DNA of 63,574 nucleotides, the filler included, from Rozella allomycis CSF55 (Eukaryota), in assembly GCA_000442015.1 (NCBI GenBank). It is 9 parts of 9 records of this genome, joined end to end, with 100 filler letters (N's around TTAATTAATTAA, not from the genome) between each part and the next. Parts side by side here need not be neighbours in the genome. Positions count along the whole stretch, not along the records: positions 1 to 28,599 come from KE560772.1; 8 more parts are not named here. One strand, given 5' to 3'. The translations under genes and the position numbers were made by a program. Positions 10,664-23,798 of the stretch are shown piece by piece (position 1 is the stretch's first letter; every line of letters starts with the position of its first letter). The notes under the pieces are model-generated. The model did no database searches, had not been told where the DNA came from, and worked only from the letters and a program-made list of their open reading frames with translations.

Positions 10664-13600
10664 ATGCCTTTTGATCATCGGAATGAGTGTGCGTTTGAAA
10701 AGGCTGGGTTTATTTCAAGAATCTTTTATATGTGGACGAATGCGTTTGTGAATTATAGTTGGAAGAACAATCTAATGCCTTCTGATTTCCCACCCGTTGA
10801 GTAAGGTTTCATGATGAGATATATTAGTGCGGATATGGAAGCGCATAATTTGTTGGATAGATTTGAAACTGCGTGGACTAAAGAAAAGGCGAAGAGTAAC
10901 CCATCATTGATTAGGGCGGTGGTATGGTTTGTAATGTTTGCTAATTAGTGGAGTGTATTCAAGTGGCGTCATTTGTTAACAGGCTTCTATGGGGTACTTG
11001 AGAGTGTGTTCAAAATATCTGGAGCTGTGTTACTTGGCTTCTTGCTTAAATGGTTAAAGAACAATAATGGTGACATATTGCAAGGTAATGATTGTTGATA
11101 AGTTTGAGCATTAGGATGGTTGATTGTTGGATTTCTTTGTGCGAGTATGTTCCTTTATGGGATTGTGCACCATGTGTTATTTTTTTCATCGTATAGACTT
11201 GGAGTGTTTGTGAGGATAACGTTGTCTGCAGCGATTTATGAAAAGACGTTGAAATTGTCGACATCAACGTCGACTTCTACGGGGAAGATTATTAATATAG
11301 TATCTAATGATGTTCAAGTAGGATATTTATATAGCAAAAATAGGTTTTTGACATGGCGTCTCATTTTGCTCATTTTTTGTATGTAGGGCCGATTGAAGTT
11401 TTAATTTCTTATGGATTTCTTGTGTATTGGATTGGATGGTTAGCGTCATCTGCTGGATTGATTGTTATATTTTTGATGCTACCGTTGCAATGGGGGTTTG
11501 CCAAGAGATTTTCTAAACTGAGAGAGAAAATGGTTACTGCTAGGGATGATCGTGTGAGAATTCTGAGTGATTTATTTCATGGGATAATGATTGTAAAATA
11601 CTATTCATGGGAGGAGCCATTTTTGAAGTATATAAATGAAATAAGAAATAAAGAAACGAGATATTTGTTTAAAGCGTCTTGGATGAAGGCGATGAATGAA
11701 GCGCTGTTTTTTGCATCGCCAGTGATGATTTCGCTTGTTTCGTTTGGGACTGCATATTTAGCTGGAGAACAATTGGAGCCTTCTAGTATTTTTTCATCAT
11801 TGGCATTGTTGAATGTTATTAGATTAACAATGACCAATTTCTTTCCGTTGGCTGTGGAATCTGTGAGTGCGTCGCTGATATCTCTTGAGAGAATAAGAGA
11901 GATTCTGGTATCACCTGAAATAGGCATAGAAAATGCAGAGGAGAGCGATGAAGATTTGATTGTTGAGAATGCTTCATTTTCGTGGGGTGTTAATTCTTCT
12001 TCAAGTGGAGATGACAAGATGATTCCAATGCAAGAACATTCCGTGGCTCTAAGGGACTTGGATTTCAAAATAGGACAAGGCGAACTTTGCATTGTGATTG
12101 GAACATTTGGCAGTGGAAAATCATCATTGTTGTTGTCTATTATGGAAGAATTGAAGAAGATTTCAGGTATTACTAAAAAAGCATTTATAACCAGGGTGTT
12201 TAAAGAAGCCAAGGAGGATTAGATATGCGTCACAGAAGCCCTGGATTCTGTCTGGATCGATTAAAGAAAATATACTATTTGGTCAAACGTATGACGAAGA
12301 AGAGATGAATAGGGTTATAGAAGGATGTGCATTGAAGGAAGATTTGCTTAGATTTGATAATGGATTGGAAACAATGATAGGAGAGCAAGGATGTAATTTA
12401 TCAGGGGGACAAAAGGCGAGAATTACTTTAGCGAGAGCTATTTATAAGAGCAAAGATGTAGATTTAATTCTGCTTGATGATGTGATGAGTGCTGTTGATA
12501 ATAAAGTCGCGAATGTAATTTTTAAAACAATAAAAAGACTTGGCAAGATGTGTGTGTTGGCAACCCATCAATGGCAGTTTGTGGAGAAATCAGATAAAGT
12601 TTTAGTTTTGGATAATTCAAAACAAATATTTTTTGGTGGAATTGAAGAATTTTATAAATGGGATAATTTGATTGTTAAAAATGTGATTGAATATAAAGGA
12701 TCTAGATCTAAACAAGAAGAAAATGAAATTGATAAAGATGAAATAGATTTTAAAGGAGATGAAAATGAGAGAAATGAAATTATTAAAGAAGAAGATAGAA
12801 ATGTTGGATCTGTTTCTGGAAAAACTTATAAATATTTTGCTAAAAATGGAGGTAATCTATTTTTCAATCTATTTTTCAGGTGGCTTATCAGTAGTTCTAT
12901 TTTTAGTTTTTGCATTATCGATTGGACAAGCCTCAATAATAATATCAGATCGATGGTTAGCAATTTGGAGTGAATCTGTAGATCAAGAAAATTCAATGTA
13001 TATTATTGTATATTTTGGATTGTTTTTGATTGTGTTAATATTTTCTATAATTAGATCTGTGACATTTTTTAGATTTTGTTTGAAATCTTCGTGTAAAATA
13101 TTTGAATTGATGCTTGGGAGTGCCATGGGATCTAATTTGAATTTTTATCAATCTAATCCACATGGCAGAATATTGAATAGATTTACCAAAGATCAATCTC
13201 AAGCAGACGAAGAACTTCCAACAACATTCTTTGATGCCATTCAGTGCGTCTTTATTGTTCTTGGTGTAATCATTGTAATTTGCTACGTTAATTATTGGCT
13301 AATCATAACGCTTCCATTCATTTTATTTTCTTTTCTTTACGTTAGAAAAATTTATTTGAAATCTTCAAGAGAAATTAAAAGACTTGAAGCAATTTCACGT
13401 TCTCCAATCTATTCTCATCTTTCAATCACTCTGCAAGGGTTACCCATAATTAGATCTTCAAAAATGGAATCTAATTTTAAAAACACTTTTCTAAATTTTA
13501 TAAATGAAAATTCAAAATGTTATTTCGCTTTTATTTTCACTGCTCGATGGCTTGGCATTAGGTACTTTTAATAGATCTATTCCAATTAGATTAGATTTAC

Positions 13601-14616
13601 TTTCTAGTTTATTCTTTACTGTTTCTGTTATTGTTTGTGTTTTAATTAAAGATAAAATAGATCCTGGCCTAGTTGGCTTAGGCTTGGCTTATGTTATGCA
13701 ATTAATCTCTCTTGTTCAAGTAGAAATATTTCTATTTATTTAAAAGTGGTGCACTCGGCAATTAGCTGAAGTAGAAAATTTAATGACTTGCATTGAACGA
13801 ATGCTAGTTTACACTAAACTGCCCCAAGAGAATTGGACTTCTGAATCAAACATTCAGCCGCCCCCCAATTGGCCACAAAATGGTCAAATTGAATTTAATA
13901 ACATGTCTCTATCTTATCCAGAATCAAAATCACCAGCCTTGTCAAACATTAACTGCATCATAAAATCTAAACAGAAAGTCGGCATCGTGGGAACAACAGG
14001 CGCTGGAAAAAGTTCTTTCGTCACTTCCCTCTTCCGTTTCATAGAATCTACCCCTGAAAATTCAATTTCCATCGATAATATTCCAATCCAGAAAATAGAC
14101 TTGAAAACACTCCGTCAATCTCTCTCAATCATTCCTCAAGAATCATTTCTATTCAAAGGAACAGTCAGACTAAATCTAGATCCATTCAATCTGGAAACTG
14201 ACTCGAATCTATGGAGAGTCTTACAACTCGTCCAGCTAGAAAAACTAATAAAATCATTTCCCAATAAACTAGACCAAGAAATACACGAAAACGGTTCAAA
14301 TTTATCTATCGGCGAACGACAGTTAATCTGCCTCGCTCGCGCTATTCTCAGAAAACCCAAAATTCTTATAATGGACGAAGCAACCGCAAACATCGATTCT
14401 ACAACATCAAATCTAATCCAAAATTGCATTCATCAGGAATTTGCCAATTGCACAGTACTCACTATTGCTCACAGACTCAAGACTGTCATGCATTGCGATC
14501 TCATTTTGGTTCTTGATAAAGGCCACATTGTGGAGTCTGGGTCGCCATCCGCTCTCTTGGAAGCTAACGGTGCTTTTATAAAATTGTGCGATGAATTAAA
14601 TAAATCAATTGATTAA
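10664..14616 (+). CDS. ABCC/MRP-family (MRP4-like) full ABC transporter, multi-exon
   Basis: TMD1-NBD1 (GTFGSGKSS, LSGGQKARITLARA, ILLDD) then TMD2-NBD2 (GTTGAGKSS, NLSIGERQL, MDEATAN, TIAHRL); eight short GT-AG introns. Confidence 0.95.
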
Positions 14617-14734
14617 TTTTGGCAAAGTTAATAGCAGTTTTTGAAATCTTAAGGAATTTGCAACTTTGCATATATTCTTATGGATATTAAGAACTTCCCA
14701 CATTTAATTATGTATTTGAAAATGGTAGAAACAA

Positions 14735-14808
14735 GTTTCCATGGTGTAGTTGGTTATCACATCTGCTTAACACGCAGAAGGCCTCCAGTTCAAGTCTGGA
14801 TGGAAACA
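14735..14808 (+). tRNA. tRNA-Val(AAC)
   Basis: Acceptor stem GTTTCCA/TGGAAAC, D-arm TGGTGTAGTTGGTTATCAC, anticodon arm TCTGC-TTAACAC-GCAGA, T-arm TCCAG-TTCAAGT-CTGGA, followed by a TTTT Pol III terminator. Confidence 0.96.
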
Positions 14809-15146
14809 TTTTGTTCATTTTTACTTTTTTCTTTAAATGGTAATCACACTTTTTTTGTCAATATATTAAAATCACCGTCGAAGATATTATCATTACTTAA
14901 ATTTGCAACATTAATCCATTCCTGAAAAAAGTGTCAACTTTGTTCCATTAATAAGTCACACTTGCCTATCAAATATAAGCAATAAATTATTATCCTGCAA
15001 TCAAAAAACCAGGAGATAAACGCTGCAACCACCGGGTCTATTTGACTCGGTTGCGAAACTGGAGACCCAATTGATGAAACGATTTTTTTCGTCAATAATT
15101 TGATTCGCACACAGAAAAAATGTAATCTTCGTAATATTGTGCACAC

Positions 15147-17289
15147 AAAATGCTTCAAAGATAAAATGTCAAATTGGAATTCCCAACAATACATTTTGCA
15201 TCCTTTGACCGTCTTTTCAAGAGAAAACCTAAATTTAGCGTCTAATTATTATTTTGCATTACCTTCTATTTAATTTAAGGGACGATGGCGGAAGACATGG
15301 TTCACCTTTAATAAACGATTATAGTATCGGATTCTGAACCCGAAACACTTCAAAGACAAATGAGCATACCATATGTCCCAATTTTTAAGACGAATAGTTG
15401 GGTCTGCGGGTTACTCAACCCATGAAAATTTCGATTCTGTGCATCTCAAAATCGTTGTTCCGGACCACCTTACGAAAGCAGTTTTTCAATTTGCTGATGA
15501 TGCAATAAATGCTGTATGTCGCGCGACATGGGCAGGAGGGTTGTGCTAATGTTGGTGTTTGACTATGTTAATCTTGTAAAGGAAACTATTTATAGCTACT
15601 GCAGCTATAAGTAATGACAACACAGTCCTGGATAGTTATGTAGGTTCACATGAAATATTTAAAGCCTTACCATTTTGCTCGAAGGAATTTTGTCATTGGA
15701 GTTAAAATTATTGTAAACGGCAATATCTAAGACTGCTTGAACAACCGTCGTTCAATTTTGAAAATTATTTAAAATGAAAAGCTTTCTGAGTTACTCTCTC
15801 AGTTGAGAGAATTTGGTACCATAGTACATTTAACACACATCGATGACAATGCCAAAGTGTTGCAGAGATTAGACAACATTGAGACGACATTGGCAATAGA
15901 CCAAAAATCAAGCAGTGAGACTCATTTCAAACCATGAACGCCCTTAAAAACCGAGTCGCGACCATCGTAAATGAATTTGATCTACTTAATGAGCAGTAAA
16001 AACGAGGATAATGATGTGCCATCGGTTCATAGAGACAGAAATCGTGTGTCCCTATATTTTAGTTTACATTTGGCTACAGAACATTTGCAAAACTTTAAAC
16101 ACCTTAGGATTGTGTTACCACGAGACTTACAAAATTAGGTTTCCAGAATGAAGCAGCAAACTATGTTTGTAATATACTGCCTTGCACCGTTACGTGACGC
16201 AATAAATATTTGAATAAAGAATTTGGGGTTTGTCGTTTTGACATCCAAGAAACGACCACAGTAAAAATGTTGCATTCAGAGGTAAAACCATTAGCCGCAG
16301 ACATTAATGATAGGCATGTCGTAATAACAACAGCGTCAACAATATGCGCCTGTTTGCTGACTGTGAAAACAATGTCATTGATTATTGAAGCACGAAAATT
16401 ACTTTGCATTGTAAGTTTGCAAATTATTGCTCCATTAATTGCCTTAACACCATGGCATGATTGCAAAAGGGTATCGTGTGCTACACCAAGTGCAATATAG
16501 CAGATTGGTTTGAAATATATCCATTGAAGCAAAAGAGACAAAAAGACAAAATGTTAAAAAACGGTACAAAGTGACGACTGGCATATCAGTTAGGTTGATT
16601 GACAAAGATTCAAGCTTAATCGATAATATGGATAAGTATGGAAAGGTTGGGGACCCTTCAATAACACCAGATGATATGGCTGATTGTTTCATTCCAGACG
16701 ACGTCATTTTCCTGGCACATAATGCACTTCGTAATCTTCGGCATAATCTTTTAAAATAAATGTTTATTAAAAGACTGAACATAGTATTATATTTATAAAT
16801 TTGAATTATTTGCAGTTTATCAAATTGCTATTCCATCTTATTCTTTACAATGAACTTACTAGTTGTGTTTTGTTTTTCCGTTTCCATTTTGTGGGGGGGG
16901 GGGTTTGGATAGCCCATTTTGCATGTTGTCCTTTTCGCGCTTGGAAATAGTATTGTTATGTAGCATCAAAACATACAAACACTATTTCGAATGCCCAGGC
17001 TACTAAGGTGGTCTTGTTACAACCTTATGTTAAACACTTAAGACTTTTTCAAAAATGCTTCAAAGTAAACATGTCGAAATGGAATTCCCAACAATACATT
17101 TTACATTCTTTTACCGTATCGTTTTCAAAGAAAACCTAAATTTAGCGTCTAAGATTATGTTACATCACCTTCTAATTAATTTTAGAGCCTATGGCGGAAG
17201 ACATTATTGAGCTTTAATAACCGATTATAATATCGGACTCGGAAGTCAAAACACTTTAAAAACAAACGAACATGCCATATGTCCCAATT
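15147..17289 (+). repeat. Diverged ~240-bp direct repeat (15147-15383 and 17052-17289) inside the decayed inter-tRNA region
   Basis: Shared AAAATGCTTCAAAG, GGAATTCCCAACAATACATTTT, GAAAACCTAAATTTAGCGTCTAA, ATGGCGGAAGACAT and CCATATGTCCCAATT. Confidence 0.85.
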
Positions 17290-19844
17290 ATCCAAGACGT
17301 CGGCAGTAAAAGCTTAGTTAAAACTTATTTTAATTAATTGCCTCAAAGTCTTAGAGACTAATGATTTAGTTCAGTTTGCTAATAATGAAACATTGCAGTC
17401 AATGATACACGAAAATGCAATGCATGTCTATTTCTGTTGAAATGAGCTTTAATAATTCTTCTAATGCTTTCTTTGATTTTAACATACACATTTAACAGAA
17501 TTTCAAAACCTTGATCTATTTGACGACAACGCCTTTAAGCGCCAAAACATAATTCATATAGATGTTTAAACTATAATAAATCCAGAGACCATCACATGGG
17601 TTGACCCATATGTCGGGGTGATCAAATAGCAACATCGGGACTTCGAAAGCGGTAAAATATATCCAACCTTTGTAACTGGTGAGTTGTGAGAGACATGTTT
17701 GTTAACCTTAAATAATAACGCTGTTCCAATTCTCCCTACAATTTTAGAATCCGAAATTCCAAAATCATGTAGCAATGAAATCATAAACAAAACGACACAG
17801 CAGTTGCCTACAGTAAGAGAAAACAAAACCATACTCTTCACATTTTCGCAAAAGAAGAAATATATTTGTCGCCATAAATAAATAAGACATTGTAGGACTT
17901 CAAACACAGGATGATGTAGTTAGTCACCAGCTTACCAAATCTATGTCCGCTTTTGGTGATGGGTTTGATAATCGCAAATAGCTTGCGTCGAGACTTAAGG
18001 CGTAACCACCAGCGTTACGCCAGACGTCTATAATTTTGGCGAACATGTGTATCAAGTGAATGTACGTATGAGTATTGTTTGCACCAAAGTCATATTTTGT
18101 CCAAATGGACTTTCTGCTCTCATGGAGGTAAACATCTGGTTATTGTTGCACATGTTCTTACTGGCTGTTATCTGTGGTGCTTGCCAAGAACGTGCCCTAT
18201 GTCGATAAACGCAAAAACATATATGATGAATGTGTCGCGCATGGGAATCCATGAATGAACTGGATTGTATAATTTGTCGAGTTCATAGCCGGCACTTTGC
18301 ATAAGTTGAGTTATCGGACTGCTAGTTCATATAATGGGTGTTAACCACTTTACTCGCTGCCCAGGCAAACAAACGCAACCATTGGTCTCAAAAATGTTCA
18401 AGTTTTGCAGGTCACTACACGAATCGCGTTTCGCGAAATGCATCGCCGTCCCAACTTTCGTGTCTGTCAATGCTCATTATTAATGAATTATTCCAATTTT
18501 TAATGAGGACCACGATTTAAATGGCAACGTCGTGATACTCACCAGCCCCATTGTAACCCGATAGTACTAAATTTTTAACTCAGTTTTAATCTATGTGTTA
18601 AGTATGTCGCATGTGGTTCCGCTACAAGTTTGAAAACCGACGACATTCGTAAACATTTGTCACTGTGTTACCTCCTTGAAGTCGTCTGCAGCATGATTTC
18701 CAGGGCTTCAAAAAGTTCAATGCCTTGGATTGTTACACCTGCACCATGCACATTTAACGCAATTAATCACCTCGAATCTTGCCTGTGCCAACATGCATCG
18801 CAAATACCAACTCTCATTTAGGCGGAATAAGTTAAAGAACTTAATTATATTTTCTACTTTTCCAACATGATATATCGTTTTTCCACTAAAGCCTCTTAGA
18901 CGTTTTGAGATGATGCATCCATGATACATTATGGACTTCCACTGTCATTTTAAGACAAATGCAAGATCCAAAAAATATACTACACCTCCAAACATTAACA
19001 GATGTATATTATGTGTTTGTTTTTTTAAAAAATATAGAATGTGAAACTGGGGTTGCCGACAGAGGTCACACGTATCCGTTAAGAAATGTACTATGTTTTG
19101 GTCAAGGCAATTATCGCATTACTCTGTTAATATAACATATTTTCCGAAAACATATATTTCTCGTTTGGCAAATATCACTAATATTTATTTTATGAACGGA
19201 CGTTTAAGCTATAAACATAAAACTGAAGTAGAAAAGGAAAAGGCGCTGGTGATAATCATGAAATTTCAGATTAGGACATGACGGCGACACCTTCACATTA
19301 ACTAGAACACATGTAGATTAATGTACATTGAAGCACTCAACCACAGTTACCTCCACGAAACGTAACACACTATCAGTGAAAAACTAATAATTGAGTACAT
19401 GTGGGGCTATGCGCTTAACCCTTTATAAACGTTTAATGAATATCTATATTGGCATCGATGTAACACGGGAAGTTATATACCCTGCGCTTGAACTTTGTTT
19501 CAATGTCGTCACATGGTTACAATTAAAAATTGAATTGCCGATGTTGATTTACATAACTACGAAAGTGGGATTGTTGTGAAATATCAAAGTTCTTTTGGCT
19601 TCTAGTTTCTGTCTTTTTCATTTGAAGCAAGCCTTGTAAAATATATTTTTTATGAGTTTTGTAATATTTTGAGGGACAATCCCCGAAATAGTTGTAAAAT
19701 TCGTTGACCCTGAACACAAATATGACTTTGCGCCATATTTTAATAAGAAATCTTTCTATTTTGAATTTTTTCGTTTATAGCAACAGCCAGAGCTCGAACT
19801 GCCTTATCCAAATACAATTTCTCTCAAGAAAACGACAAATATAT

Positions 19845-19918
19845 GTTTCCATGGTGTAGTTGGTTATCACATCTGCTTAACACGCAGAAGGCCTCCAGTT
19901 CAAGTCTGGATGGAAACA
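19845..19918 (+). tRNA. tRNA-Val(AAC), identical second copy
   Basis: Sequence identical to 14735-14808, again followed by TTTT. Confidence 0.96.
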
Positions 19919-20087
19919 TTTTAAGACCACATGATTCCTTTTTCCTTAAAGTTTACGTTTCATTTTATAACAGTAATGGTTTAAAAATTTGAGAAAGATT
20001 ATAACAGTAATGGTTAAAAGTAAAAATTTGAGAAAAATTAGTTAATCGATCCATTTTCAGTTTTAGGAAAATTCAGCATTAATTTTC

Positions 20088-21717
20088 ATGAGCGATGACC
20101 ATGTAGTTCCCGTTAATGAAAACGTTTTACCATTAAAAAACGAGGTTAAATTACAAGCCGAAACTATACCCGAAAGAAAATCGAGTAAATCTGACAAGAA
20201 ATCCCTTTACAATCCATGGAAGGTTTTCCTTAATGACTTGGATCAACTTGATTACAGCAGTTCACAAGCTTTGAAAAGAGAAAGAGTGTATAACTTTCTT
20301 TTGATACCTAACCAACTTGAAAAAGTATCTTTGTTGCAGGCTTTATAGAAGGTTATGTGTTTTGGCTATTTCATATGCATGGATGCTTTTCTATATATGT
20401 TCACTATATTTCCCATTCGATTAATATTAGGACTATATGAATTAATTTTAAAGAAGTACATAGATTTAATAACACACATAGGAAATTGAGCATTGCAAGA
20501 AGATGCGATTTTCTTAAAGGTCTAATTATTTTTTGTGCCGTTTTATTGCTTCAAGAGATCAATTCTTCTATTCTATATCATTCAATTAGGGGGCAATCAG
20601 TGGTTAAACTTTATGTCATATTCAATGTATTAGAAGTAAGCACACTATGTCATGTTTAAATGATTTGTGATAAATTATGTTGTTCCTTCGGCCAGGATAT
20701 TCTGGATTCCTATTTGTCGAGCTTTTTGGATTTGCAAGATACAAAAATGGAAGAGCATCAGAAGTTAAGGCCTTTTACTCATTTCGTCTTGAGTGTAATT
20801 TACGTGTTTGTTCACGCGGTGGTATTTTTCTATCAATCCGTTTGCCTAAACGTAGCAATTAATTCGTATCATAATGCGTTGTTGACTCTTTTAATATCCA
20901 ATCAGTTTGTGGAAATAAAAGGAGCTGTGTTCAAAAGATTCGAAAAAGAAAATCTATTTCAGATGACGTGTAGTGGTACTTGACTTATTTTAGTTTATAA
21001 CAAGATATTGTTGAAAGAGTTCAACTCTCATTCTATTTGATTATAATCGGGCTAAGAAATATGATTGAAATGGGTGATAGTTTGAACAAATGGGACTACT
21101 TTTTCAATACTTTAGGTTTTCAGCTCTTGGTGGTTTTTGTCTGTGAAATATGTGTTGATTGGTTAAAGCATGCCTTTATTTGCAAATTCAATCTTATAAG
21201 GCCCATAATATATGGAAAATATCGCGATGTTTTGTCCAATGATTTGACAAAAGTGGACAAGCCTGTTGATAATTCGGCATTTGTTGCCCGTAGGATCGGA
21301 TTCGCATCAATTCCAGCTACTGCATTTGTAATTTAGGGTTAAATCTTTCAATTTTAGATCATCAGAGTAGCCATACAGCTTGGAAAAATGTTTGGGCTCA
21401 ATTCTCGAGAAATTGTTACTTATGGCCTTATACTTTTTCTTTGGTAAGACCTTAATTTATAATGTATGAAGCTTGTTATGTGTAAAACTATTACTCTCGC
21501 ATCTAATTTTACGTTGGGCAAACAATAATGTGCAGAAATATGAGAATCCAGGGCCCATAGTATCATTATATGCATCTTAAAATAGGAATTTTCATTTCCC
21601 CATGTTAAAGTCGGGCATCAGCTTGGAAAAGATTTTGATAATGCAAAAATTCAAGTTCCGGTACATACTCTTGAGAATATTGATAGATACACCTTAGTAA
21701 AATCCAGAATCCCGTAA
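20088..21717 (+). CDS. TAPT1: TAPT1/Emp65 (DUF747) ER membrane protein, multi-exon
   Basis: IRGQSVVKLYVIFNVLE, DKLCCSFGQD, LNVAINSYHNALLTLLISNQFVEIKGAVFKRFEKENLFQ, VDWLKHAFICKFN and terminal IDRYTLVKSRIP. Confidence 0.93.
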
Positions 21718-21819
21718 ATTCATTTCAATTGATTGTAAAATAAATTACTCTTGAACAATGATATGCCATATTTATTTTGAATGATATGTATTGGTTTAAA
21801 TGAATTTATACATTCAATT

Positions 21820-22689
21820 TCAAATAATGAACCAATCTTTACAAGAATTGCTTAACCCGTAATGATTTTGAACAGATTCCCTTACGAATTCGAGGGACCA
21901 GGGAATTCTTAAATGAAGGTTTCCTCTAACAGGCTTATTAAGAATTAAAGTTAAATTTTTGATGAAGTATGGTATTTCCCTATCGGTCACTTCTATTCCC
22001 AGATGAAAAAGCAAAGAAATGGTATAATGCGACAAATAGCTATGCATTTCACAGATGTGGTAAAAGTCATGATCTAACTTATTCTTATACATGAACTTTC
22101 TATATGTCTGTAGATCTAAAATTACCAAAGCAGAGTCCGATTCACATTCTATCCCAATGTTCACTAATTTTGCGATTACCCTTAACAATAAAGTAGTATA
22201 TTGGAACAATGCATGTGATATGTCGGTTGGCAGGATATCGAAACGATGGTTTTCTGGAACTTTTAAATTGAACAATTTGAAGTAGAACTTGCTAGGCTTT
22301 GTGATAAAGGTTGAAAGACGCTTTAGATTTTTAGAAACAACATCAAAATATATATTCATAACATCTGAATTCCTAAGTTCTAATTGTTTTTTAACCGAGC
22401 GCCCAGGTAACGGAGCTCTGAATCTGACTCTTTGAGCGATATTGAAATTATTCTCCTTCAAATTATTAACACATTCAATAAGATTATTCCTTTTAATGGT
22501 TTCATCTTTCACTAGCTTTTGGAAAAGATCTCTGCGAATAAGCAACTGATAGACTTGGACCAAGTTATGATTTTTTTGCACCACTTTACCTTTAATCCTA
22601 TTATGGTGTTTAAAATACGCGTACATTTCCTTGACACATGTAGAACAAATCATAAAATTTAATTCCTTACTACAATACTCGCATTCCAT
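21820..22689 (-). CDS. Hypothetical protein, possibly an Atg14/Vps38-like PI3K complex subunit
   Basis: N-terminal CEYC...CSTC pair followed by coiled coil and a C-terminal DWFII; in-frame 27-nt intron at ~22598-22624. Family call is tentative. Confidence 0.5.
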   Translation of the reverse strand: MECEYCSKELNFMICSTCVKEMYAYFKHHNRIKGKVVQKNHNLVQVYQLLIRRDLFQKLVKDETIKRNNLIECVNNLKENNFNIAQRVRFRAPLPGRSVKKQLELRNSDVMNIYFDVVSKNLKRLSTFITKPSKFYFKLFNLKVPENHRFDILPTDISHALFQYTTLLLRVIAKLVNIGIECESDSALVILDLQTYRKFMYKNKLDHDFYHICEMHSYLSHYTISLLFHLGIEVTDREIPYFIKNLTLILNKPVRGNLHLRIPWSLEFVRESVQNHYGLSNSCKDWFII

Positions 22690-22725
22690 AATCTGATTTG
22701 GCTTAGCTGAACAGGAGCTTAAATC

Positions 22726-23773
22726 ATGATGCAACAACAGAAATACTCCTTTAACTTTCTCGCAGATAAATTGGATAATTTTCCATCAGAAAAATATGAT
22801 AAATTGATATATCCCTTTTATCATAACGATATACTGATTGGTGCCGTCCGTGATCAGACCTGGCGTATAATAGCGTCGAATGCTACAAAAGACTTGTTAA
22901 CAGTTTTCACATTTAAGGAAAACAAAATTACATATGTCGGCCTAAATTTAAGCGAAGACCTGCGAGCATTAATTCACTTTTGCAAAGAAAAACAATTGTT
23001 TAGTGTACTCGATAAATGGCGAAATGAAGAATATATTATTTATGGACAAAGTAAATTTTGTTATTTCTACGTTAAAGAATGCCTATCTCATAACGAAGAC
23101 AATAATAATTACACCAAATGTTTGGTTAATGTAGGCACGGTGGAAAGATCTGCTGTTGGCTTATTTGGCTTTAAAAGTTATGGAGTACATTTGAATGCCT
23201 TCTTTTACTCATCGGATGGAGAATGTTTCATGTGGATAGGCCAACGTTCCCATACAAAGGACTTTTATCCTAATCACTACGACCAAATGGTATTATATGT
23301 AATAGGTAAACAAAAGGTTGCTGGAGGCCTTTGCGTTCCTTTGACGCCTTACCAGTGTTTGGTAAAGGAATGCAAGGAAGAAGCAAATTTGGACGTTTGT
23401 TCCATTGGCTCTGACTTGAAAGAAGTTGGTACAATAAGCTATATAAACAGTATTGAGGAAGGCATATACCCTGAAACCCAGTACATTTTCGATCTCGAAA
23501 TTGGTGATTCATTTGAACCACAAAATACAGACGGTGAGGTTTCAGCATTCCATTGTATGCCAATTAGAAAAGTAATCTTTTAAATTTAATATATTAATGG
23601 TTATTGATGAAGTTATTTCTGGAAAGTTCAAACCTAACTGCGCTGCTGTGATAATAGACTTTTGCCTTAGACATGGATACCTCAAAGCGCGAGAAATTCA
23701 AAACTCCGAAAGTATTCTAAAGCATATCTATTGCTTGAATTCACCATTAGACTTAATAAACCGCTTAAAATAA
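22726..23773 (+). CDS. Nudix hydrolase of the YJR142W/DUF4743 (thiamine-pyrophosphate-related) type, multi-exon
   Basis: KWRNEEY, ERSAVGLFGFKSYGVHLN, MWIGQRS...DQMVAGG, Nudix box KECKEEANL, NTDGEV and FKPNCAAVIIDFCLRHG. Confidence 0.9.
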
Positions 23774-23798
23774 ATTGTGGCTTACTTCTTGAAAGTTA

